Assembly: GCA_963767925.1 (NCBI GenBank)
Contig: CAVYGB010000002.1
Coordinates: 1,376,001-1,440,000 of the forward strand
Direction of reading: 5' to 3'
Source of the DNA: an uncultured delta proteobacterium
GTDB taxonomy: Bacteria; Myxococcota_A; Polyangia; Fen-1088
Length of the DNA stretch: 64,000 bases
Under the pieces are notes generated by a model. The model was not told the DNA's origin. It saw only the letters and a program-made list of their open reading frames with translations, and ran no database searches. Below, one piece after another: positions 12,438 through 22,815 of the stretch. The number at the start of each line of letters is the position of its first letter. The stretch's first letter is position 1. The translations under genes and the position numbers were made by a program.

Positions 12438-14435
12438 TCAGCCCCCGCCCGCGCCGGCGTCCGGCGTGGGGGCGGGCGAGCCGCCGGGCAGCTCGTAGTA
12501 GTACACGCCGTTGACGTTGTCCCCGCCGCCGGTGAGCGTGTAGAGGATGCCCTTGAAGCGGGGCGACGTGCCGTCGGTCGGCTGGGCGTCGAGCACGATG
12601 TGGAAGAAGCGGTCGGCCCGCTCCTGGATGGTGACCGGCGCGCTCATCGTGGTGCCGTTGAGGAGGGCGTACTTGAGCGTGACCTGGTTGCCGTTGCTCT
12701 GGTCGGAGTAGAGGATCAGGCGGTCGTTGTCGACGAACCAGAAGTCGACGTTGTTGGCCCACTTCTTCTTCTTGCTGACGTTGGCGCAGTCGCCCGGCTC
12801 GGTCAGCCAGCCTTCGGCCGACAGGGTGAGCGAGTCGTAGTTGTCGGCCCAGAAGATGAGCTGGCTGCCGAGGGTGAAGGGGAACCCGAAGATCCCGCCC
12901 AGGTTGGCGCTGGTCAGCGAGCAGGCGTTGGCCCCCGTGCTGCGGACCACCCAGATGTCCGAAGTCGGCGAGTCCATCGAGAAGTCGAGGGCGTACAGGT
13001 TGAAGTCCAGCTTCGGCGCCGGGATGGGCAGCGAGCGGGTGGCCGGCGCCACCGAGACGACGTTGGTGTCGACGTCGAGCGACCCGGCCGGATCCTTGAT
13101 GATGGAGTAGGCGCCGCGGCCCATGACCAGACCCGACAGGATGCCGACGCCGGAGTCGACCCCGGCCTCGTTCACCAGCACCCGGTAGGCGCCGACGCCG
13201 TTCATGGTGCCGCTCGGCACGCGCATGCCCTTGAGCTCGCGGGGGTTCAACCCGCTGGGGAAGTCCGCCACCACGAGGGTGCCGGACTGGTTGCCCATGG
13301 CGTTGTAGTTGTAGTCCTTGAAGTAGTAGATCTTCTGGCCGTTGGCCGAGATGGTCCAGCGGGTGGCGTTTTCGCCACCGGGCAAGGGCGTCAGGGCCAC
13401 GCCGGCCTTGCCGATGTCGTCGGTGGCGATGGTGCCGATCTTCTCGACGTCGGCCATGGTGGGGCCGCCGGTGGAGAGGACCAGGGTGGTCCCGGTGGCG
13501 TTGAAGCCGACCCGCCAGCGGGCCGCCTGGGTGGTGGGGTGCGAGGGGTAGATCTTGTTGTCCGGGTTGCCGTTGGGAACGATCGGCACCTCGGTGGTCC
13601 CCATCATCTTCACGAGCGGAAGCGCGGGCGCCTGGGCCGGGACCTCCTGGCCGGGGACGTTGCCGCCGCGGAGGGTGAACCACCCCGGCTCCTCGCCGTC
13701 GGGGCTGCTCGGGTTGGTGACGCAGATGCCGACGACCTTGTTGACCAGTGTCTTGCCGAAGTCGACGTAGCGCTGGCCGGCGACCGCGCAGTCGAACACG
13801 TCGTCACCGACCCGGGTGGCATTCGGCGAGCCGATGGTGTGGGCCCAGACGTCGCCCTGGAACAGGTCCGAGGCGGCCGAGACCGGGTCGCTGAGGTAGA
13901 TGAACGTGTTGCCCGAGGCGCGCGCGGAGTCCTCCGGGTAGGCGGGGCCACCTTCGGGACGCGCGGTGTACAGCGTGTTGGTCGCCTTGACGCAAAGCCC
14001 GGGGATGTCGCAGGTCGAGCCCGACAGGGTCATGCCCTGGGCGGCGGCCTTGGTGACGTTGACGAACCAGAGCTCGCGCTGGGTGAGGGCCACGGGCCGG
14101 CTCACCGCGCACCAGCGCTCGGCGCCGGGGCCGAAGGTGCAGCCGTTCTGGAACGAGCCGAGCAGGTCGGTTTGCCCGGGGAGGATCTTCTTCGACGCCG
14201 GGTTGGGGACCGGCGGGGGCGTGTCGGGGGCCAGCCGGGCGTCGGGCGTGCCGCCGCTGCCGCCGGTGCCGCCGCCGCCGCTGCCGCCGCTGCCGCCGCT
14301 GCCGCCGGTCGAGGTGGGGCGTTCCGCCGAGCCGTCGGTGACGGTCCCTCCCGAGTCACCCTCACAGCCGGATGAGAGGAAGGCAAAGGAGACGAGTCCG
14401 GCTAAGGTGCATAGGGGAAGCGAACGTGCGCGCAT
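12438..14435 (-). CDS. Large lipoprotein of unknown function, beta-rich
   Basis: Lipobox-like LSSG-C, Gly/Ser linker, strong coding codon bias, paired Cys. Confidence 0.75.
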   Translation of the reverse strand: MRARSLPLCTLAGLVSFAFLSSGCEGDSGGTVTDGSAERPTSTGGSGGSGGSGGGGTGGSGGTPDARLAPDTPPPVPNPASKKILPGQTDLLGSFQNGCTFGPGAERWCAVSRPVALTQRELWFVNVTKAAAQGMTLSGSTCDIPGLCVKATNTLYTARPEGGPAYPEDSARASGNTFIYLSDPVSAASDLFQGDVWAHTIGSPNATRVGDDVFDCAVAGQRYVDFGKTLVNKVVGICVTNPSSPDGEEPGWFTLRGGNVPGQEVPAQAPALPLVKMMGTTEVPIVPNGNPDNKIYPSHPTTQAARWRVGFNATGTTLVLSTGGPTMADVEKIGTIATDDIGKAGVALTPLPGGENATRWTISANGQKIYYFKDYNYNAMGNQSGTLVVADFPSGLNPRELKGMRVPSGTMNGVGAYRVLVNEAGVDSGVGILSGLVMGRGAYSIIKDPAGSLDVDTNVVSVAPATRSLPIPAPKLDFNLYALDFSMDSPTSDIWVVRSTGANACSLTSANLGGIFGFPFTLGSQLIFWADNYDSLTLSAEGWLTEPGDCANVSKKKKWANNVDFWFVDNDRLILYSDQSNGNQVTLKYALLNGTTMSAPVTIQERADRFFHIVLDAQPTDGTSPRFKGILYTLTGGGDNVNGVYYYELPGGSPAPTPDAGAGGG

Positions 14436-14661
14436 GGAACCTCCTGATGGCTGAGGGATTGGACCCCCGAACGCCCATCAGCGGCAATAACAAAACAATC
14501 TGCGGCAGAACCATCCCCGCAGGCAACGCCTTGCGCTGTCAGCCACGGCGATCGCGCCCGCCCCACCCGCAATCCCCGACGGTGGGGCCCGACGGCTGCG
14601 AGGGTCTCGCGCGCGCCCGCACGCTCGCAACAACATCGAGCGCGCAGGCGTCCACCAGAGA

Positions 14662-14705
14662 CCCCTCACCCCGTCCCTCTCCCCGCTACCGCGGGGCGAG
14701 GGCGA
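14662..14705 (+). repeat. REP-like palindromic element (single copy, inverted relative to the adjacent array)
   Basis: CCCCTCACCCCGTCCCTCTCCCCGCTACCGCGGGGCGAGGGCGA. Confidence 0.85.
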
Positions 14706-14752
14706 TCGGGCAACGGGGAGCGGAGACCTCGGACGAAGCGGCCGAAGATTCG

Positions 14753-15319
14753 CCCGCTCGCAAGGTGATCGTGGCAGCGAGGGAGTTGTTCGCCCTCGCC
14801 CCGCGGCAGCGGGGAGAGGGAGGGGTGAGGGGGCCCGCTCGCAAGGTGATCGTGGCAGCGAGGGAGTTGTTCGCCCTCGCCCCGCGGCAGCGGGGAGAGG
14901 GAGGGGTGAGGGGGCCCGCTCGCAAGGTGATCGCGGCAGCGAGGGAGTTGTTCGCCCTCGCCCCGCGGCAGCGGGGAGAGGGAGGGGTGAGGGGGCCCGC
15001 TCGCAAGGTGATCGCGGCAGCGAGGGAGTTGTTCGCCCTCGCCCCGCGGCAGCGGGGAGAGGGAGGGGTGAGGGGGCCCGCTCGCAAGGTGATCGCGGCA
15101 GCGAGGGAGTTGTTCGCCCTCGCCCCGCGGCAGCGGGGAGAGGGAGGGGTGAGGGGGCCCGCTCGCAAGGTGATCGCGGCAGCGAGGGAGTTGTTCGCCC
15201 TCGCCCCGCGGCAGCGGGGAGAGGGAGGGGTGAGGGGGCCCGCTCGCAAGGTGATCGCGGCAGCGAGGGAGTTGTTCGCCCTCGCCCCGCGGCAGCGGGG
15301 AGAGGGAGGGGTGAGGGGG
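14753..15319 (-). repeat. Tandem array of 7 x 81-bp units, each containing the REP-like palindrome
   Basis: CAAGG recurs at 14761, 14842, 14923, 15004, 15085, 15166 and 15247; units identical except one C/T site. Confidence 0.95.
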
Positions 15320-15325
15320 GGCGGG

Positions 15326-15835
15326 TCAGAAGGGGATGTCGTCGTCGTTGGGGCCGGGGCCGGAGCTCGGCTCGGGGGAGTCGGAGCTCGGGGCTCCGCC
15401 CTCGTCGCCCCAGCCGCCGCGTCCGCCACCACCACCGCCACCCTGCTGTCCGCCGCCACCCTGCTGTCCGCGGCGCGCGCCGCCGCCGCCGCCGCCTTCA
15501 CCCGACGCGCCGCTCAGGAACACCACGCGGTCGGCGACCACGTCGGTGCTGTAGCGCTTTTTGCCTTCCTTGTCGTCCCAGGACCGGGTCTGCAGCCGGC
15601 CTTCCACGTAGACGCTGCGCCCCTTGCTGAGATACTTCGAGCAGTGCTCCGCCTGTTCGCCCCACACCGTCACCCGGTGCCACTCGGTGCGCTCCTGGCG
15701 CTGCCCGGCCTTGTCCTTGAAGACCTCGTTGGTGGCGAGGCTCAGGTTGCAGACCGGGCGGTTGCTCGGTGTGTACTTCAGCTCGGGATCTGCGCCCAGG
15801 TTGCCGATGAGGATGACTTTGTTGACGCTTCCCAT
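15326..15835 (-). CDS. ssb: Single-stranded DNA-binding protein
   Basis: [34 protein letters not shown], Gly-rich linker, C-terminal DDDIPF. Confidence 0.97.
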   Translation of the reverse strand: MGSVNKVILIGNLGADPELKYTPSNRPVCNLSLATNEVFKDKAGQRQERTEWHRVTVWGEQAEHCSKYLSKGRSVYVEGRLQTRSWDDKEGKKRYSTDVVADRVVFLSGASGEGGGGGGARRGQQGGGGQQGGGGGGGRGGWGDEGGAPSSDSPEPSSGPGPNDDDIPF

Positions 15836-15936
15836 ATGACGAGCCTCTCCCTTCCAGCCACCTATAGCACTGACGACGAGGTGAGGGCAGGTCATCGGCG
15901 ACCGGGCGCGGGGAGTTTCCGCGGAAAGGTGCTTTC

Positions 15937-18162
15937 GTGAACACGCTGTTCGTGATCCCATTGCTGGGGCTCGCGGCGGCCGCCGCGACCGCGGAGCCGT
16001 CGGCGGTGCTCGATCAGTTCCGGCGCGGGCACGAGGCCTTCCGGGCGGGCGACTACCCGGCGGCCGCGCGCCTGCTCGAGGGGCTCGCCGATCGCCTGCC
16101 GCGCACGCGCGATCACGCCCTGTATTTCCTGGCGGAGAGCGAGTTCTTCGCCGGCCGCCCGGCGCGCGCCCGCCCGCTCTACGAGGAGCTGGGGCGGCTG
16201 CCCCGCTCGCCGCTCAAGCCGGCGGCGGCCTACCGGGTGGCCGACTGCCAGTGGGCCGAGGGGAACCGGGCCGAGGCGGTCGCCACCTACCGCCGGCTGC
16301 TGGGCCCGTCGGCCGAAGGCAACGCCAGCCGCCGCAGCGAAAAGCCGCCCGCCGCCGCCTCCACCCCGGGCGCCCCGGTGCCCGACGTCGTCGTGGCGCG
16401 CTTTCGCATCGCCCAGCTCCTGGCCGAGCAGGCCCGGCGCGAGGGGCGACCCGATCCGGCGGCCAGCGAGCGGGCCCTGAAGGCCTACCGGACCTTGCAC
16501 CTCGAGTTCCCCAGCCACCCGCTGGCCGAGCGGGCCGCCCAGGAGGCCGGCACCCTGGGGCCGCCCCCGGCGGCGGATCAGGCGGCGGCGCCGGCCGCTC
16601 CTGCCCTGGCCCCCACCCCCGAGGAGCGCATCGCCCGCGCCGAGACGCTGGCTGGCGAGCGCCGCTTCGAGGCGGCGGTCGCGGAGCTGGAGAAGGTGCC
16701 GGCCGGGCTGCCCGCCGCCCTGGCCGCCGAGCGCGACCTGCTGCTCGGCATGACGATCTACCGCATGCGCAGCGACTACGGCCGGGCGGCGAAGCTGCTG
16801 CTGGGCGCGGTCGACGGGCTGTCGGGGGACAAGGCCGCCTCGGCCGCGTTCCACGGGACGCGCGCGCTGTCCCGGGTCCACCGCGACGACGAGGCCATCG
16901 CCGGCTACCGCAAGTTCGCCCAGCGCTTCGCCAGCTCGCGCTTCGCCTCCGAGGCCCAGTTCCTGGCGGGCTGGCTCGAGCTGAACCGGGGGCGGGTGCG
17001 GGAGGCCATCCCCGGGCTCGAGGAGACCGTGCAGCGCTTTCCTCGCACGGCCTTCGCCGAGGACGCCGCCTGGTTCGCGGCCCTGAGCCACATCCTGCTG
17101 GGCAACGGGCCGGCGGCGCTGCCGGCGCTCGAGCGGTTCGAGAAAATGGCGGGGCGCGGGGCGCAGGGGGCCGAGTCGATCCGGCGGGCGCAGTACTTCC
17201 GGGGCCGGGCCCTGCACATGGCCGGCAAGAAGGCGGAGGCCCGCGCCCTGTGGAGCCAGCTCCAGCAGCGGCAGCCCTTCTCCTACTACGGGCTGCTGTC
17301 GGCCAGCCGCCTGCGCGAGCTGGGCGAGCGGCCCGCCCTGCGCCTGCCCGACTGGAACGGCAAGCTCGAGCAGCCGAGCAAGCTCTCCGACGCCACCGTC
17401 CTGCGCTCCGACGAGCTGGCGGCGGCCGGCCTCGACGTCGAGGCGGGGCTCGAGCTGGCCCGGGACGAGTCGGCCGTGCTGGGCCGGCTGGGGCGCGAGC
17501 GCGGGCTGGCGCTGCTGCTGGAACGGTACCCGCGCTTCTCCCACTGGCGGCGGGCCAACCAGCTCGCCGAATCCCAGGGCAGCGCCGCCCTCGGCTCGAC
17601 CCCCAGCGGGGCGGCCCGCGTCTTCTGGGAGGCGGCCTATCCGCGGGCCTACCCCGATCTGGTCGAGCGCTACGGCCCGCCCGGGGGGAACCCCGACCTG
17701 TTCCTCTACGCCATCATGCTCAAGGAGTCGCGCTTTTTACCCACCGACGTCTCCTACGCCGACGCCCGCGGGCTGCTGCAGATGTTGCCCGCGACGAGCA
17801 GCAAGGTGGCGGCCGAGCTGAGCACCCCCTTCTCCGACGAGGAGCTGTTCCAGCCGGAGGTGAACGTGCGCCTGGGGGCCCACTACATCGGCGGCTTGAT
17901 CCGCAAGTTCCGGGGCAACCTGGCCCTGGCGGCCGGGGCCTACAACGGGGGCGCGATCGCCATGATGCGCTGGTGCGACCGCAACGGGACCCGCTCGCTC
18001 GACGAGTTCGTCGAGCTGGTGACCTACGAGCAGTCGCGCGAATACATCAAGCGGGTCCTGCAGATCCTGTCGCGCTATCAGTACCTCTACCGCGGGACTC
18101 CCCTCGAGGTCTCCCTGACCGTCCCCGGCTGCCGCTACGACCCGGCCGGCCCGAACTACTGA
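15937..18162 (+). CDS. Soluble lytic transglycosylase (Slt70-like) with TPR region
   Basis: Signal peptide, TPR-like helices, [33 protein letters not shown] motif. Confidence 0.9.
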   Translation: MNTLFVIPLLGLAAAAATAEPSAVLDQFRRGHEAFRAGDYPAAARLLEGLADRLPRTRDHALYFLAESEFFAGRPARARPLYEELGRLPRSPLKPAAAYRVADCQWAEGNRAEAVATYRRLLGPSAEGNASRRSEKPPAAASTPGAPVPDVVVARFRIAQLLAEQARREGRPDPAASERALKAYRTLHLEFPSHPLAERAAQEAGTLGPPPAADQAAAPAAPALAPTPEERIARAETLAGERRFEAAVAELEKVPAGLPAALAAERDLLLGMTIYRMRSDYGRAAKLLLGAVDGLSGDKAASAAFHGTRALSRVHRDDEAIAGYRKFAQRFASSRFASEAQFLAGWLELNRGRVREAIPGLEETVQRFPRTAFAEDAAWFAALSHILLGNGPAALPALERFEKMAGRGAQGAESIRRAQYFRGRALHMAGKKAEARALWSQLQQRQPFSYYGLLSASRLRELGERPALRLPDWNGKLEQPSKLSDATVLRSDELAAAGLDVEAGLELARDESAVLGRLGRERGLALLLERYPRFSHWRRANQLAESQGSAALGSTPSGAARVFWEAAYPRAYPDLVERYGPPGGNPDLFLYAIMLKESRFLPTDVSYADARGLLQMLPATSSKVAAELSTPFSDEELFQPEVNVRLGAHYIGGLIRKFRGNLALAAGAYNGGAIAMMRWCDRNGTRSLDEFVELVTYEQSREYIKRVLQILSRYQYLYRGTPLEVSLTVPGCRYDPAGPNY

Positions 18163-18210
18163 AAGGCGGGGCCGCTCGGCGCCGGGCGGAGTCGCTGCTA
18201 AGATCGGGGG

Positions 18211-18429
18211 ATGGCGAAGCTCAAGGGGACGATCCGGAAGAACGATCTGGAAGGTGGCTTTTTCCAGTTCATCGCCGAGGACGGGACGGCCTACGAGCTG
18301 GAGGGCAGCGACCCGCTCCTGTCGCGCGATGGCGCCCGGGTCGAGATAGACGGCACCGTCGATCGGCAGGCGATGTCCTTCACCATGAGCGGACCCCGCC
18401 TGAAGGTCACCTCGATCAAGGCGATCTGA
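18211..18429 (+). CDS. Small hypothetical protein, possible OB-fold
   Basis: 72 aa, coding-like codon bias, beta-strand pattern (DLEGG..YEL..VEIDG). Confidence 0.7.
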   Translation: MAKLKGTIRKNDLEGGFFQFIAEDGTAYELEGSDPLLSRDGARVEIDGTVDRQAMSFTMSGPRLKVTSIKAI

Positions 18430-18437
18430 GCCCGCGC

Positions 18438-20876
18438 TCAGCGGCTGGTGCTGCTGGCGATCAGGACGCGGGCGTCGGCGCGCAGGCCGCTCGGCACCTC
18501 GACGATCACGCGGTCGCCCACGTCGAGGCCCTGGGTGACGGTGGCGCCACCGGGGCCCCGATCGGCCACCGCCACCACCCGCATCTCGGCCCGGCCGCTG
18601 GGCGGGACCACGAACAGGCGATCGCTGTCGCCCACCCGCACGAGGGCGGAGAGGGGGACCGAGAAGACGGCGTCGAGCCGGTCGCGCGCCAGGCGCACCG
18701 ACTTGCCGTCGAGCCCGGGGTCGTTGGGCAGCTCGATCGCGACGTGGGTCTCGTCGCCGCCGTCGGCGGCCAGGCTGCACTCGAGGGGCTTGCCCTCGAC
18801 CTCGGCCCGGCAAAAGCCGAGCTGGCGGGCCCGGTCCGCGTCGGCCTTGGGCAGCTCGAAGCTGGCCCGGAAGCCGCTGCTCTTGAGGCGCAGCACCGGA
18901 TCGCCCGCCTGCACGGTGGCGCCGCGGGCGACCAGCGCCTCGGCCACCTCGCCGGCAGCGGAGGCCAGCAGGGCGTGGGCGGCGAAGGCCTCCTGGGCCT
19001 CGGTGATGAGCCGCTTCTTCTCCGCGATCTTGGTCTCGGCGTCGCGCAGGCGGACCCGGTTGTCCTGCTGGGTCATGGTGTCGCGCATCTGCTCGTAGTA
19101 GGCGAGGCGCGACTTGTTGTGGCTGATGGCGCCCCGGAAGGGCTTGGCGCTCTCGAGCATGGCCAGCACGTCCCCGGCCGCGAAGCGCGTCCCCTCGGGC
19201 ACCACCTCGGCCACCTTGCCCTCGCGGGGCAGGGTGAGGGGGGCGCCGCCGGTCTGCTGCACACGCGCGGTCCCGTCCCACCAGCGGTACACCGAGGAGG
19301 GGCTCGGCACGACGACCCGCACGCTGATGGGCGGCGGCTCGCTGGTGGCGAAGAACTTGTAGACCATCACGAACACGACCAGGGCGGCGCCCACCCCGAG
19401 GGCGCCGTAGGCCAGCCAGATCCGGCGGGTGGCGGTGGCGGGGCGGGCCCGCTCGGGGGTGATGAACCGTCGGGTCATCGACAGCTCGAGCCGCTGCACG
19501 GGCGCGGTCGGATCTTCGGCCACCGGCGGCGGGAACGAGGGGTCGCCGGTGTTCATGACCGGCTGGTCGAGATCCGGGTCCGCTCCCGCCGGTAGCTCGG
19601 CGGCCGCGGCGGCGGCGGCCGCGTCGACCTCGGCGAACGGATCGGGCTCCAGGGAGGCCTCGTCCAGGTCGGAGGTGAACCCCGGCGACACGTGCGGCTC
19701 GGTGGGGGCGAGCCCCAGGGGCACCGGCGACGGCTCGGCCGCCTGACTTGCCGGCGCGGGGACCAGCCGCAGGGAGGGCGCCGGCTCGGGTGCCGGCGAT
19801 AGCGGTTTCCACGAGCGGGGCGAGTCGGCGGGGCTGGTGCCCGCCGCGCCCGCGGGCTGCGCGGTCCGCAGCTCGCCCGAGGCGTACGCGCCGTTGCCCG
19901 AGCGGAAGGCGGGACCGGCCTCCGGCGCCGGCGCGGCGGGCGAGGGCGGGGCGAGCACCGGCGTCGGCTCGCCCGGGGTGGGCGTGGTGAAGGGGTTGGG
20001 CACCGGCGCGGGGCCCGTGAAGGCGCCGGGCACCGGCGCGGCCACGGAGAACGGATTGGGACCCGGGGTGGAGGTGGCGAACGGGTTGGGCGACGGCGAC
20101 GACGGGGTAAACGCGCTGGGCGCCGGCCCGGACGCCGCGGAGTAGGGGCTGCTCGTGGAGCTCGCCGCGGGCGAGGAGGAAGATCCGGAGGAGAAGGAAG
20201 GCGCGCCGCCGGCCCCGGCCGAGAGCCCGGGCAGCGGGTTGGGGGGCGCGCCCGGCGCGGTGAACACCATCGGCGGCGTCTTCGGCGCGGGGGGCGCCGC
20301 GAAGAAGACCGGCGGGGGCGGCACCGCCATCACCGGCGCGCGGGCCACCGCGGGCAGCGAGGGGGCGGTCGGCGTCGGGCTCGTGCTCGCTTGCGAGGCC
20401 TGCGCCGCGGGCGGCTCGTCGGGCGTGCTCTCGCTCGCCTCGATCCGATCGGGCTCGGGCGTGCGCGGCTCCGGGGCCTGCGCGGCCAGCACCGGCGTCT
20501 CCTCCGCTTCGCCCGCCTCATCGAGGCCGTTGCCGCTGGCGAGGTTGTCATCGTCGGCGGGCAGCGGCGGGAAGACGCCGCCGCTTTCGGAGCTGGAGCC
20601 GTTCTCGAGGTTCTCGAGAAAGCCGAGCGCCTGGAGCTGATCGGCGAAGGCCGCGAGCTGCTCGGTGGTCAGCTCGAGCTCGGCGTGGTTGCGCAGATCG
20701 ATCGCCACCTGATCGAGCGGCCGTCCATCGAGCGCGAGCGCGACGGTGTGCTCGAAGTCGTAGAAGCGGAAGGCCTTGCCCGAGTGGGGATCCGTCACCT
20801 CGACGAAGAGCACCCCCTCCGCCTCCACGTTGGTGGCCTGCATGTCTCGACGGAACCGCGGAGACCCTCCTCCCAT
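18438..20876 (-). CDS. Efflux membrane-fusion (adaptor) protein with PqqD-like N-terminus and long Pro-rich linker
   Basis: C-terminal barrel-sandwich/coiled-coil/beta-barrel (GKVAEV..GDVLA, GEVAE..VQAGDPV, VPLSAL, GLDVGDRV); single TM; N-terminal 'DPHSGKAFRF..LDG..L..F..QL..LGFL'. Confidence 0.7.
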   Translation of the reverse strand: MGGGSPRFRRDMQATNVEAEGVLFVEVTDPHSGKAFRFYDFEHTVALALDGRPLDQVAIDLRNHAELELTTEQLAAFADQLQALGFLENLENGSSSESGGVFPPLPADDDNLASGNGLDEAGEAEETPVLAAQAPEPRTPEPDRIEASESTPDEPPAAQASQASTSPTPTAPSLPAVARAPVMAVPPPPVFFAAPPAPKTPPMVFTAPGAPPNPLPGLSAGAGGAPSFSSGSSSSPAASSTSSPYSAASGPAPSAFTPSSPSPNPFATSTPGPNPFSVAAPVPGAFTGPAPVPNPFTTPTPGEPTPVLAPPSPAAPAPEAGPAFRSGNGAYASGELRTAQPAGAAGTSPADSPRSWKPLSPAPEPAPSLRLVPAPASQAAEPSPVPLGLAPTEPHVSPGFTSDLDEASLEPDPFAEVDAAAAAAAAELPAGADPDLDQPVMNTGDPSFPPPVAEDPTAPVQRLELSMTRRFITPERARPATATRRIWLAYGALGVGAALVVFVMVYKFFATSEPPPISVRVVVPSPSSVYRWWDGTARVQQTGGAPLTLPREGKVAEVVPEGTRFAAGDVLAMLESAKPFRGAISHNKSRLAYYEQMRDTMTQQDNRVRLRDAETKIAEKKRLITEAQEAFAAHALLASAAGEVAEALVARGATVQAGDPVLRLKSSGFRASFELPKADADRARQLGFCRAEVEGKPLECSLAADGGDETHVAIELPNDPGLDGKSVRLARDRLDAVFSVPLSALVRVGDSDRLFVVPPSGRAEMRVVAVADRGPGGATVTQGLDVGDRVIVEVPSGLRADARVLIASSTSR

Positions 20877-21091
20877 GAATGTAACTTTATTACGAAGTGG
20901 GGCGCCGGCTGAACCTGAAACACCGTCTCGGTTGCAAAGCGTGCCGAATACTTCGCCGCTCGCCCGGGATTCCGTACGTCTAATTACTTGCTACTACTTG
21001 CACCACTTGCCGACGGGCCGGCATCTCCCACCCGGATCCGACCGGTCGTGGCGCCCCCCGGCGGGTGGACGCCGGCGCCGCCGGCCCCCGG

Positions 21092-22796
21092 TCAGGCCCG
21101 GCGACTCCACGCGGCGAGGGCGGCGAGCCGCTCGCGCAACGGGGCGTCGGAGGTGAGGGTGGCCAGGTCCATCGGCATCCGGTAGCTCCAGTTGCTGGCC
21201 GCGACCGTGCCCGGCACGTTGATCCGCTCGGCCGCCCCGAGGAGATCCTGGAAGGGGTTGATCGACAGGGCCGAGGCCGCGCCGTAGACCGCGCGCAGGA
21301 GGGCGTCGCGGACCTCGTCGCTCCAGGGCCTGGTCGGGTCGAGGTGGCGCAGCTCGGCCAGCTCGACGAGGTGGCGGCGATCGCGCAGGGGCAGGGCCTC
21401 GTACCAGGCGGCGTTGGGCTCGATGTCGTGCGTGCCGTTGGTGGCGACCGACAGCTCGGGCCAGCGCGCGGGGTCGCGGAAGCTGCCGTCTTTGCGGGTC
21501 TCCCAGCGCAGCACCCGGTAGCCGGGCACGGCCAGCCGGGCCAGCGAGGGGGGCAAGAATTCGGGCACCATGCCCAGGTCCTCGGCGATCACCTCCCCGT
21601 TGCTCTTGAACAGGGTGAGCACCTGCTCGCCGAGCGCGACCTGCTCGGCCTCGACCGCGGGGGAGAAGCGGCCCGTGTCGGGCTCGGGGGCGGGGTGGGC
21701 CTGGGGCCCGGGGGCTGACACCCCGGCGATCGGCCGCACCGGTCGGGTCCAGGTGCGATAAAACCCGATCACGTGGTCGACCCGGAACAGGTCGTACAGG
21801 GCCCCCGCGCGCGCGGCCCGGCTCTGCAGCCAGGAGAATCCCCCCGCCCGCATGCGGTCCCAGTCGTAGGCGGGCAGCCCCCAGTCCTGGCCGACCGGTG
21901 AAAACGCGTCGGGCGGGGTGCCCACGCTGCGGTCGAGCCGGAAGTCGACCGGCCGACTCCAGATGTCGGCCGAGTCGGCCGCCACCATGAAGGGCAGGTC
22001 GCCCTTGAGCGCCACCCCCACCTGCCGGGCCTCGGCGCGCGCGTTTTGCCACTGCAGATCGAGCTGCCACTGCAGCCAGCAGCAGCGCAGCAGCGCCGGG
22101 CCCTGCTCCTCGCGGAGCTGGGCCAGGGCCTCGGGCTGGCGCGTGCGCAGCCCCGGCGACCACTGCCACCAGGCCCGCTGATCCAGGTCGTGGGCCACCC
22201 GCCACAAGCTGTAGTCGTCCAGCCAGTCGCGGTGCTCCTCGATGTAGCGCTCGAGCTGCTGCCGGCGGGCCCCGCCGCCGCGCCACTCGTTGTCGCGAAA
22301 GTGATCGAAGGCGCGGGCGATGGCGGCGCCCTTCAGGGCCCGGATCGCCCCCCAGGCCACGACGCGGCTGCTGGCCAGCCCGTCGAGGCGGGCGCGCTCG
22401 GCGTCGGCGAGCGAGGCGCGGCCGCCCACCGCCTGGAAGTCCTCCAGCTCGTCGAGGGCGAGGTAGACCGGGTCGAGGGCGAAGGCAGTGGCGGCCGAGT
22501 AGGGGCTTTCCTCACCACCGCTGACCTCGTTGACCGGCAGGAGCTGCAGCACCGACATGCCCGCCCCGTGCGCCCAGCGGGCGAAGGTCGGGAGGTCGGG
22601 GATCTCGCCCAGCCCCCAGCCCCGCTGGGTCCGCATCGAGAACAGGGGGAGCAGCACCCCCGCCCGGCGCGAACTCCCTTTGCTGCCAGAGCTACCAGCA
22701 GAAGAAGAAGGCGAAGAAGAAGAAGACGACGAACGAAGACGAAGAAGAAGACGACGAAGCTGCGGATGCGGGGTTCACCGATGGCACGCCTTTCAT
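21092..22796 (-). CDS. malQ: 4-alpha-glucanotransferase (GH77); Ser-rich N-terminus joined by a frameshift near 22733
   Basis: RRAGVLLPLFS, SPYSA, KGDLPF, GQDWGLP, RVDHVIGF, IAEDLG, THD, RINVPGT..NWSYR. Confidence 0.92.
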
Positions 22797-22815
22797 ATAA
22801 GATATCGAAGGCTCG

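Noticed and set aside
14753..15319. CRISPR array
   Set aside because: The would-be spacers are identical, the repeat is a REP found elsewhere in the window, and there are no cas genes
16251..19595. Very long alternative-frame ORFs (this one, 37555..40245, 12414..14375 and others)
   Set aside because: Arg/Gly/Pro-rich shadow ORFs expected at this GC content, overlapping well-supported genes
18438..20876. RiPP biosynthetic cluster suggested by the PqqD-like domain
   Set aside because: No precursor peptide or modifying enzyme is recognisable nearby
22782..22800. sigma54 promoter (TGGCACG) before the ABC transporter
   Set aside because: No GC at the -12 position with correct spacing; candidates near 20935 and 59120 fail the same test
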